A stretch of 13,679 bases of DNA from positions 48,520 through 62,198 of the forward strand of contig JAWBTW010000004.1 of NCBI GenBank assembly GCA_039000165.1, given 5' to 3'. The notes beneath the pieces are model-generated. The model ran no database searches. It saw only the letters and a list, made by a program, of their open reading frames with translations, and was not told the origin of the DNA. Shown here in pieces: positions 1-7,354 of the stretch. Position numbers and translations under genes: made by a program. The stretch is from Candidatus Aenigmatarchaeota archaeon. Its GTDB lineage: Archaea > Aenigmatarchaeota > Aenigmatarchaeia > CG10238-14 > SCSR01. Each line of letters opens with the position of its first letter. The first letter of the stretch is position 1.

Positions 1-177
1 TGCTCCCGAAACTATTGGTAAAGGGGTGTCAAGCCAAGCCTCGTTTTTGTATTCTGGCAGAACAAAAAGCTCTCTTTTTACTTTAAGCATAGCCTCTATT
101 ATTTCTTTGCTCTTAAGTCTTCCTTCTTTTTTCAAGTTTTCAATAGTCTCTATCTTTTGCTTTTCTAGTTCTTCCAT
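1..177 (-). CDS. pcm: Protein-L-isoaspartate O-methyltransferase, N-terminal part (runs off window)
   Basis: Not in the ORF track. Manual translation from ATG at 177: MEELEKQKIETIENLKKEGRLKSKEIIEAMLKVKRELFVLPEYKNEAWLDTPLPIVSGA. This matches the PCMT N-terminal pattern L..G.i.s..v..Am..V.Re.Fv.....A(Y/W).D.PLPI..G. Confidence 0.9.
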   Translation of the reverse strand, partial: MEELEKQKIETIENLKKEGRLKSKEIIEAMLKVKRELFVLPEYKNEAWLDTPLPIVSGA

Positions 178-222
178 GTTTAAAATTTGGATTAAAAGAA
201 TATCAAGATAGATTATTTTAAC

Positions 223-1590
223 TTAAGGTGGTTCTGGTGGTGGAGGTGGTGGAGGTGGAGGTAATGGGGGCTGAGGAGGTTGGGGTCCTGGGGGTGACGG
301 AGGCTGTGGCTGAGGAGGTGGCGACGCACACTCACATTCTCCGTCTATAGTGGAAGGGATAGCTTCTCCTAAACAATTTTTAGTACAATACACTTCCAAA
401 GGACAATCACATTCATAACCAGGATAAACCCAATAACATTCGCCAGACCCTGGAGGAATTTCTACGCATACTTTATCTACACCAGTTGGAATGTATCTAC
501 AAGACTCTGTTTTGTAGCAATCTAATTTTCTGAGATAAGTAGTAACATCAACCTTAAAAATCAATTGCTGAGGACCTTTCGGAGTAGAAACATAATATTT
601 TGTATCATTACAACCAAAAGTTACCTTTACTGCGCCTTTTACTTCAGCAAAGTATGCGCAAGTTCCGCTACATTCTTGTAAGCTTGCACAAGGCTTAGAA
701 AATGGTATTTTAACACAATCTTTGCACATAGGTGCATCTTTCCATTCTTTACAACCTTGATAATCTTCCTCTTCAGGGCAATCGCTTTTTCCATAAAAAC
801 AGCAGGAAATACTGTAGTAACACTTGACATAAGGGTCTGAAAATGTTCTTTCTAAATTCCTTACTTCCTCTTCTGCCATTTGGATTACTGCTGACAAAAA
901 TGGCAAACAATTGTTGCATCCTCCCATACCATTACAATAGCATATTTTTGACAGGTTTCCACACATATGTTGAATATAGTTCGGCCCGTAAGTTTTTGCC
1001 CACTCGCTAAACTTTCTGTACATATACCAAAATCTAAGTAAAGAAATTCTCTCTGTTAAATCTCCTAGAGAAGTAATGTTTTCTTCACCAAGTGATATAA
1101 AAATGTTGTTTCCTAAAGCAATAGTCTCAAAACTCTCGTCAAACTTTCCACTTTCAACTTCCTGTTGAGAAACTTTAAAATCAACACAACTTACTTCTGA
1201 AAGATTAACTTTCAATATATCTGACTGGTTGAAATTTTTAATGTAATAATTAATAAAGCGTAGAGTTTCATTCGACAAGAAAAACCTAACTTCTTCCACG
1301 CTTGGCACGTCTACCTGATTACAAATCCAGCTTCTAGGATAGTTTTCCCCTGTTTGAGATACTCCTCCTCTTTTCCCAACTTCACTTACTCCTGAATGAA
1401 CAGAAAAATGAAGGGAAATTCTTTCAAAAAATTTTACATAATCAAGGTAAATGGAAGCTTTAAAATAGCTTAAACTTTTAACAATACTTTCTCTAAACTC
1501 GAAGCTAATAAAGAAGAAGAAAATTAGAGAAATAATTCCTATCGCTACCATTACGCTTAATATTAGTAAGCTAGATTGAGACTTTACCAT
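223..1590 (-). CDS. Pilin-like surface protein (KSQ leader plus hydrophobic helix) with Cys-rich C-half and poly-Pro tail
   Basis: MVKSQ followed by the hydrophobic stretch SSLLILSVMVAIGIISLIFFFFISF; six N-x-S/T sequons; dense Cys in the C-terminal half; ends PPPQPQPPSPPGPQPPQPPLPPPPPPPPEPP; overlaps the upstream stop. Confidence 0.7.
   Translation of the reverse strand: MVKSQSSLLILSVMVAIGIISLIFFFFISFEFRESIVKSLSYFKASIYLDYVKFFERISLHFSVHSGVSEVGKRGGVSQTGENYPRSWICNQVDVPSVEEVRFFLSNETLRFINYYIKNFNQSDILKVNLSEVSCVDFKVSQQEVESGKFDESFETIALGNNIFISLGEENITSLGDLTERISLLRFWYMYRKFSEWAKTYGPNYIQHMCGNLSKICYCNGMGGCNNCLPFLSAVIQMAEEEVRNLERTFSDPYVKCYYSISCCFYGKSDCPEEEDYQGCKEWKDAPMCKDCVKIPFSKPCASLQECSGTCAYFAEVKGAVKVTFGCNDTKYYVSTPKGPQQLIFKVDVTTYLRKLDCYKTESCRYIPTGVDKVCVEIPPGSGECYWVYPGYECDCPLEVYCTKNCLGEAIPSTIDGECECASPPPQPQPPSPPGPQPPQPPLPPPPPPPPPEPP
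226..320 (-). repeat. Low-complexity proline-codon tract (GGW/GGN repeats on + strand)
   Basis: ggtggttctggtggtggaggtggtggaggtggagg...; GC-rich patch in an AT-rich window, encoding the poly-Pro tail. Confidence 0.9.
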
Positions 1591-2735
1591 ACTATCAGCT
1601 CTGAGTTAATCGTTTCACCCTCATAATTAGGGTATGGAAGCTTGATGGTAAAAGTGTAAATGTTTTTAGCCGAAGTTGGAGCTTCATAACCAAAAACTAT
1701 AGGTGGTTTTGAGGGAATAATTTTTATTATTTCTTCTACGGCTTCTGCAGGATTAACTACTTCTAAATCAAAATACTTTCCTTTACACTCGGTTGAAATG
1801 TTTTTAAGAGCATCGACTACTTTTTTCACTCCGCATAAATCACAGCTTCCTTGAGTTGGCTGGGGAGGAGAATAGGTTGGGTAGTAATACTCACACCATT
1901 GTTTCCATGCATTAACACAGCTATTTACACTAAAGTTTCCTTTTAAAGTAAAGATAGAAATGTTATGTTGTTTACATGCCTTTAGCCCATTATCAAAACT
2001 ATCTTGAAAATTGCCCATTTTATCGCTATCTGTACATATACAAACATCACTTCCTGTGGTTAGTTCGTCGGTTATTATTATTATCGCAGTTAAGTTAAGT
2101 TTTTCAGCTAAGCATTTAATTCCATTACCCCAATCTTCTTCAGTTTGCTTAAGAAGTGAACAACCAGTTAATTCAAAGCAGTCATCTTTAACTTTTGTGT
2201 TTTTAAATATTTCGCAACCCCAAGAAGAGCCTGCACCTTTAAGTGTGTATATCCTTATCTTTATTTTTTTCTTTAAGGCTATTAGGTTTATTTCTTCTAT
2301 CTTATCTTTTATAACATCTATTTCATCTTTTAAACTTCCTGAAGTGTCTAATAAAAAAGCGACATTAACCCATTCTTTTGGTACATAAACGATAAACTTC
2401 CAGTTTTTATCAAAATATCTCTCAAAAAATTGTGGCAAAATTTCAGAGACATTAATTACACCATAGCCTTCTCCGTAGTTAACAGTTAAATTTTCAGAAA
2501 CTACAGCATCAGAAACTATAGAAGCTAAAGACCTTTCTGTGCCGTAAATTTTAGAAGATTGGAAAGTAATAACTGCATCGCTCACTCTATTATAAATTTG
2601 CTCTCTAGTTAGCAATTCTTTTTGAGTTTCACTTATAGAAACATAACGAAAATAAAGAATTGAAAGAAGGATGGTTACACCAACCACAAGAACAAGTATT
2701 TCTACTATTTCTAAAGTTTGAGCTTTATGAAACAA
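1584..2735 (-). CDS. Prepilin-like protein (KA|Q) with vWA/MIDAS domain, putative adhesin
   Basis: TTG start preceded by GGAGG; MFHKAQ plus hydrophobic ILVLVVGVTILLSILYF; VAFLLDTSGSL (DxSxS at 2334-2348) and IIIITDE are vWA MIDAS elements; six N-x-S/T sequons. Confidence 0.8.
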   Translation of the reverse strand: MFHKAQTLEIVEILVLVVGVTILLSILYFRYVSISETQKELLTREQIYNRVSDAVITFQSSKIYGTERSLASIVSDAVVSENLTVNYGEGYGVINVSEILPQFFERYFDKNWKFIVYVPKEWVNVAFLLDTSGSLKDEIDVIKDKIEEINLIALKKKIKIRIYTLKGAGSSWGCEIFKNTKVKDDCFELTGCSLLKQTEEDWGNGIKCLAEKLNLTAIIIITDELTTGSDVCICTDSDKMGNFQDSFDNGLKACKQHNISIFTLKGNFSVNSCVNAWKQWCEYYYPTYSPPQPTQGSCDLCGVKKVVDALKNISTECKGKYFDLEVVNPAEAVEEIIKIIPSKPPIVFGYEAPTSAKNIYTFTIKLPYPNYEGETINSELIVW

Positions 2736-3492
2736 AAACTTCTCCTCCTATTTTCTTGATTGAAATTTCGTAACTTCCTGGTTTAAGTCTATCCATATGC
2801 GTTTTGCAATAGACTTTTCTACAAACTATTTTCGAGTATAGCTCCTGACAAATTCTATCTTCTTCGGCAACCAACGGATAAGAAGTAGTTATTCTTTGCC
2901 TTAAAGAAAAACCTGTATCGCATACTCTGTTTATTAAGCCAGCAAATTCTTCAAGCTCTCCTTTCACAACTTTTAATCTTAGCATTCCTGGTTGTAAAAA
3001 TGAAGAGTTTATTCTTATAGAAACAGGGAAAGATATTTCTACGGATTTTTTAAGTGCATTTCCTTCTGAAAAATTTTGAGAACCAAACCTCCATACTCTA
3101 CTATTTTGCTTAAAATTATGTATACTAGTGTCAATTTGCGATTCAAAAGATTCTATAAAAACTTCATAACCATAAGCGTAACTTTTTGCACATTCTGGTT
3201 CAATTTCTTTATACTTGGAAGAAAATTCCAAAATTTTATTTAAATCTAAAACTTTTTGGGTAACGTTAGAGAAAGTGTAAAAAAAACTGTTTTCTTCTTG
3301 GTATGCTAAGCAAGAAGAAGATGTTGTTAAAAGTTGCGAAATAGTTGTAGCTTTTTCTAACATTTCTAAGTCAGACATAAGCTGTGCATTAGTTTGGGTT
3401 ATTGAAGTTATTTGATTGATGAAAATTGAGATTACGATTAGGATTAACACTAGAAATATTCCTTTCATTAAAAAACTAAGCTGGGCTTTCAT
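2725..3492 (-). CDS. Prepilin-like protein (KA|Q class III signal)
   Basis: MKAQLSFLMKGIFLVLILIVISIFI; AGGAG upstream of the ATG; paired Cys; sequons NVT, NFS and NSS. Confidence 0.75.
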   Translation of the reverse strand: MKAQLSFLMKGIFLVLILIVISIFINQITSITQTNAQLMSDLEMLEKATTISQLLTTSSSCLAYQEENSFFYTFSNVTQKVLDLNKILEFSSKYKEIEPECAKSYAYGYEVFIESFESQIDTSIHNFKQNSRVWRFGSQNFSEGNALKKSVEISFPVSIRINSSFLQPGMLRLKVVKGELEEFAGLINRVCDTGFSLRQRITTSYPLVAEEDRICQELYSKIVCRKVYCKTHMDRLKPGSYEISIKKIGGEVFVS

Positions 3493-4120
3493 AACTTGCT
3501 CTCCTTGACTTCCACACGATAATAAAAATTAAAGCTAAGATTATAGCCACAACAACAAAATAAATGTATATAGAAAAAGATGGTGGTTTTATTTTACAAT
3601 CTTGAGGACAATTTTCATAATTTTCTTCTAAATTTTCTTCACAAACTCCATTCCCACAATGACAATCTAATGGGCAGTTTTCATAATTTTCGTACAATAA
3701 AGAATCGCAAGCTCCATCTCTGTTACACCATGCTATTTCAAACAAGAATATTTTTTTATCTTTGTGATAGATTTCAATTGTACTTGCATCCTCAATTAAA
3801 GGAAGTTTAAGTAAAAGTGGTGAAAACTCTCTTTCAAGAAGCATCGGGCCTTTATCTGTAGTTACATAAACTTCAAATATAACTCCCCCTAAAAATCGGT
3901 CGAAAAGTACTCTACCATTTTTATCTAAAATTTTAATAGAGTAGTTTGAGGATGAAGGAAAATCCGTAGGAATTCCTGAACCCAAAGAAAACTCTTTTAA
4001 AATTACTGTATCATTTTTATAAATTTCAAGAAAGAGTATGAATAGTGTTGGTCTATCTTTAGCAAAGGATAAAGTAGAAAATAAAATTGAAAATGTTAAA
4101 AATACTGCTAAAATTTTTAT
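3476..4120 (-). CDS. Secreted, C-terminally membrane-anchored protein with two CxxxGxCx(n)ENYENCPxDC repeats; start likely at ATA 4120 rather than TTG 3985
   Basis: The frame is open upstream of 3985 and reads (I/M)KILAVFLTFSILFSTLSFA|KDRPT..., a Sec-type signal peptide. Repeats CNRDGACDSLLYENYENCPLDC and CGNGVCEENLEENYENCPQDC; C-terminal TM IYIYFVVVAIILALIFIIVW followed by KSRR. Confidence 0.75.
   Translation of the reverse strand: MKILAVFLTFSILFSTLSFAKDRPTLFILFLEIYKNDTVILKEFSLGSGIPTDFPSSSNYSIKILDKNGRVLFDRFLGGVIFEVYVTTDKGPMLLEREFSPLLLKLPLIEDASTIEIYHKDKKIFLFEIAWCNRDGACDSLLYENYENCPLDCHCGNGVCEENLEENYENCPQDCKIKPPSFSIYIYFVVVAIILALIFIIVWKSRRASYESPA
3612..3691 (-). repeat. 14-nt direct repeat ttttcataattttc (3612-3625 and 3678-3691) within the ENYEN codons
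   Basis: Two copies 66 nt (22 codons) apart, consistent with an intragenic duplication. Confidence 0.85.
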
Positions 4121-4121
4121 A

Positions 4122-5540
4122 TCAACACCCCCTAAGGTATTGTGAGATTGAAGACAATTTTCCTCCGCAATAACTTATATCACCCTTCAGCCATTTAAAC
4201 GAGTCGTCAGAAAAATATTTCTGAGTGCCATAACACATTATGTATTCAGAGTTAAAAATATTTTGGTTTGGACATTTAGCTGGTCTGGCTAAATTACATT
4301 CATGACATAATTGTAAGGTATGACCAATCTCATGAGCAACTGTTCCTGCAGGATTGGGAGGACCACCTTGCGAAGCACAAATTGATTTATACCATGTAGC
4401 ACTAGCAAAACCATCCGTACAGCTATTCCAATCCCAAGGTCCGCATCCACAAATTATTCCACCAAAAAAAGGCCAACCGACCTTGCTTATGCCGACAATT
4501 TTATCCCAATTACCAATACCTAAGACAGTATTTACACACTCGATAGCCAAAGTTACACACTCGTCACACGGTGAACTACACTTTATTTGGCATTTTGGGT
4601 TTTGAGTTGGTGTTATTATCTTTAAATCTATTCTATCTGGGCAATTCCTAAAAGGACTTTTATCAACCCAGAATGGAAATGCATGTTTTTGGACAAAATC
4701 TAAATATTCTTTCTCATCTGAGAGGGTAGCATCAAAATTTAAAGGTACGTAAACTAATTTCCATTTTCCTATACATTCATTATCATATTCATTTTCATCC
4801 ATACACCTTGCTTCTCCATTTTTTGGATTTTCGCACCATTTTGGTTTATCTCCTGGGCAGCAATGTTTCTCTGAGCAGATTGGTTTATCAGAAGGGCAGC
4901 AAATATTTCCTTGAGAATCTCTCCATAAACCAGAATCTGTAGAACCTAAACAAACACTTTCAGCAGGACAAACAGGAGGATTATCGCATTGCTTACTAGA
5001 ATTCAGATACTTTGAACAACAAGCTAAAGAATCAGGAGCGTATTCTCCGTTAGGAGCACAATTTTGATTGCAAGTATATTTATCTTTTTGACCCCAACAA
5101 AAACCTGAACAACAAGCTAAAGAAAAATAACAAGCTTCATCATTTTCCAAACATCTTCCCATAATAAAAATCTTGTTTTCCATTTTGGCTATTGTAATTT
5201 TTTTACTATCTTCAAAAAAATTGCTAACTATTTCTGGCATTTGTTTTGAAAAGCTTGCTGTTTTGTTCAAGTTTTTATCATTAACAAAAACTGTATTATT
5301 TTCTATTTTAACGTAATATCTGACTAAAGGCGGGTAATAAACAAAAACTACATCTCCACTAGTTGCTATTGCTTTGTCTATTACAGCTTCTAAATCTTTA
5401 GCAAATATTACAACAACCTCTTCCTTAGCAATTTGTGTTTGAACGTTGTAGAAAGAGAGTAGTTGATAAACAGTTATGCCAGAAGCGACCAAAACTCCAA
5501 TTATTAATATCGTTTCTGTAATCCCAAACTGAGCTTTCAT
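4122..5540 (-). CDS. Prepilin-like protein (KA|Q) with Cys-knot repeats and a C-terminal metzincin-type zinc metalloprotease domain
   Basis: MKAQFGITETILIIGVLVASGITVY; HEIGHTLQLCH (4302-4334) followed by a Met-turn-like YIMCY; Cys-rich linker. Confidence 0.8.
   Translation of the reverse strand: MKAQFGITETILIIGVLVASGITVYQLLSFYNVQTQIAKEEVVVIFAKDLEAVIDKAIATSGDVVFVYYPPLVRYYVKIENNTVFVNDKNLNKTASFSKQMPEIVSNFFEDSKKITIAKMENKIFIMGRCLENDEACYFSLACCSGFCWGQKDKYTCNQNCAPNGEYAPDSLACCSKYLNSSKQCDNPPVCPAESVCLGSTDSGLWRDSQGNICCPSDKPICSEKHCCPGDKPKWCENPKNGEARCMDENEYDNECIGKWKLVYVPLNFDATLSDEKEYLDFVQKHAFPFWVDKSPFRNCPDRIDLKIITPTQNPKCQIKCSSPCDECVTLAIECVNTVLGIGNWDKIVGISKVGWPFFGGIICGCGPWDWNSCTDGFASATWYKSICASQGGPPNPAGTVAHEIGHTLQLCHECNLARPAKCPNQNIFNSEYIMCYGTQKYFSDDSFKWLKGDISYCGGKLSSISQYLRGC
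5013..5124 (-). repeat. 19-nt direct repeat tgaacaacaagctaaagaa (5013-5031 and 5106-5124) encoding SLACCS
   Basis: Exact copies 93 nt (31 codons) apart within the protease-pilin gene. Confidence 0.9.
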
Positions 5541-6040
5541 CTAATTGTTATATTGACTTTTTCGCTGCTTATTTTTTTAATTTCTAATTCGTATTCCTTA
5601 AAAGGGGCGCTCCCCAATATTTTGCTCACCGCAACCCAAATATCCTCTTTTTCTGGCAAAACTCCTAGATAAGGCATGGTTAAGTTACAATAAAGTTTTT
5701 GACATCTCAAATAATTTTCATCCTTAAACTGCAAGCATAAGTTATAACCAGAACTTAAATTTTGATTTTTAATTAAATCAACAACTTTTGCTAGAACCTT
5801 TTTTTCGTCTGTAGAGAAAACAACTCTTGTTTGGAAATCGAACCTATAACTTTTAATGATGGAATTGTTTAACTCTTGAACGCAAATAGAGTTTATATCA
5901 GTAAAAAGGTCTGAAAACTGGGACAAACTACTTTGTCTTTGTGAAAAATTAATAGTCGAAGAAATTAAATGATAAGCTATGGATAAAATTAAAATACTTA
6001 TAACGATTCCACCAACTATATAAACCCATACATCTGGCAT
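5537..6040 (-). CDS. Pilin-like protein with N-terminal hydrophobic helix and no basic leader
   Basis: MPDVWVYIVGGIVISILILSIAYHLI; in-frame TAA immediately before the ATG; four Cys; ATGA overlap with the next gene. Confidence 0.65.
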   Translation of the reverse strand: MPDVWVYIVGGIVISILILSIAYHLISSTINFSQRQSSLSQFSDLFTDINSICVQELNNSIIKSYRFDFQTRVVFSTDEKKVLAKVVDLIKNQNLSSGYNLCLQFKDENYLRCQKLYCNLTMPYLGVLPEKEDIWVAVSKILGSAPFKEYELEIKKISSEKVNITIR

Positions 6041-6068
6041 TTAATTTAAAAATAGCTTTTTTAGAATT

Positions 6069-6476
6069 TTAACATTTTATTAGAATCTTCTGTCTCGTAA
6101 AATCGTACTCTAAGAAAACAGATGTTGCTGTAAGATCTTGACAACTCCATTCACAATTTGGATTTGAAAGGGAAAGTGGTTGGGGAAGAGATGAAACACT
6201 TCCTTTAATCACATAGCAAAGACAGGCTTGCCTTAAATTAATTCCACCTGTTTTATGCCAACAGAAATTACAATATTTTTCTAGCACATCTTTTGTTAGA
6301 GTCTCGTCGACAAGCTGAGTTTCACATTTCTCTTCTTCTTCACAAGGTGGGAAAAAACAGGGAAGCTTTATTGAACCTGCTATATTCTTAAGGTTGATAA
6401 TTATCCCTATTATAACTACAGTTGCAACTACAAGAATCAAAACTTTAAATACAGTTTCTAAAGCCATTTCTACCAT
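6069..6476 (-). CDS. Small Cys-rich pilin-like protein (CW-x13-CY family), no basic leader
   Basis: MVEMALETVFKVLILVVATVVIIGIII; CWHKTGGINLRQACLCY; TAATG coupling to the upstream gene. Confidence 0.7.
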   Translation of the reverse strand: MVEMALETVFKVLILVVATVVIIGIIINLKNIAGSIKLPCFFPPCEEEEKCETQLVDETLTKDVLEKYCNFCWHKTGGINLRQACLCYVIKGSVSSLPQPLSLSNPNCEWSCQDLTATSVFLEYDFTRQKILIKC

Positions 6477-6970
6477 TATACCACTTCAATTTTACTTGTT
6501 GTTGCATTATAATAAATTCCTACAGATTTTGGTGTTTCTATATCTCCTATTTTCCATTCAATTATATCTCTATAGTCTGGAGGTAAAAAAGAAGTTACAT
6601 CATCTTTTGTAACTTTTCCGTCAAGCCTTTTCAAAACAATTTCATAGCATGTCATATCGGTTTCTAATCCTACTTTTGCAGTAGTGCTCCAACATGCTAA
6701 GGAATATTCTGCAATCTTTCTTGAGATGAAAGTCACATTCCCACCTTCTAATATTACTGTTTGGAAACCTTGAGAAACTTCACAAAATTCAGGCAAAGAA
6801 GGTCTTAAGGAAGCTGGTAAAGGAAGGAAAGAATTTAAACCAGAAAGAAAGTTACAGTAAATTTTTCTTAGAGAAGGCGAAAATTGTAAACCGATAAAAG
6901 TGATTAAAACAGAAATTGCTACTATAGCTATTAAAATGTAAGCTACTGTGGTTAAGGCTATGCCTTTCAT
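6476..6970 (-). CDS. Prepilin (KG|I class III signal), CW-x13-CY family
   Basis: MKG|IALTTVAYILIAIVAISVLITFIG; CWSTTAKVGLETDMTCY; ATGA overlap. Confidence 0.8.
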   Translation of the reverse strand: MKGIALTTVAYILIAIVAISVLITFIGLQFSPSLRKIYCNFLSGLNSFLPLPASLRPSLPEFCEVSQGFQTVILEGGNVTFISRKIAEYSLACWSTTAKVGLETDMTCYEIVLKRLDGKVTKDDVTSFLPPDYRDIIEWKIGDIETPKSVGIYYNATTSKIEVV

Positions 6971-7350
6971 TCAAACACAACCAAGCTTATTTCTTGTCCT
7001 GTATAATTATATCTGATTTTGATAACATAACTATAGTATTTTTCTAAGGAGTTAAAGTAAGCTCTTACCTTTACTGAAGGAAAATTCTCCATTTCTGTTT
7101 TTTCTATTCTTTCAGAAGAGTTTATTCTCACTATATAACAATCATCGTTATAAATATCTTTACCAAAATCATGTTTGCTCCAACAATTTTCTATACAGTT
7201 TTTTAAAGAGCCTAAAACGCTCTGTTTATTGCCTGACAAAAATTCGTTACAAGCTTTTTGTTGAGAACTGTACAAGAATAAAACATACAAATAAACAGAA
7301 AAAACTGCCGCAATAATTAAAATCAAACCCACTAAAATCTTTTCTGCTAT
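6967..7350 (-). CDS. Small pilin-like protein, CW-x13-CY family; start possibly ATA 7350 (track: GTG 7332)
   Basis: (I/M)AEKILVGLILIIAAVFSVYLYVLFLY; CWSKHDFGKDIYNDDCY; GGTGA lies 4 nt upstream of the ATA. Confidence 0.65.
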   Translation of the reverse strand: MAEKILVGLILIIAAVFSVYLYVLFLYSSQQKACNEFLSGNKQSVLGSLKNCIENCWSKHDFGKDIYNDDCYIVRINSSERIEKTEMENFPSVKVRAYFNSLEKYYSYVIKIRYNYTGQEISLVVFE

Positions 7351-7354
7351 GTTA

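Noticed and set aside
26..211. 61-aa plus-strand ORF
   Set aside because: Antisense shadow of the recognisable pcm gene.
226..320. G-rich tract as a G-quadruplex or regulatory repeat
   Set aside because: Fully explained by proline codons on the minus strand; mostly GG doublets.
639..830. 63-aa minus-strand ORF
   Set aside because: Alternative frame inside the 455-aa gene; no motif.
3612..5124. Short direct repeats as CRISPR repeats, att sites or DGR TR/VR pairs
   Set aside because: Only two copies each, in frame within coding repeats. No cas, integrase or reverse transcriptase gene and no adenine-specific mismatch pattern were seen.
2011..6612. Plus-strand ORFs 2011-2388, 3580-3810, 4354-4605 and 6394-6612
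   Set aside because: All are antisense to well-supported, tightly coupled minus-strand genes.
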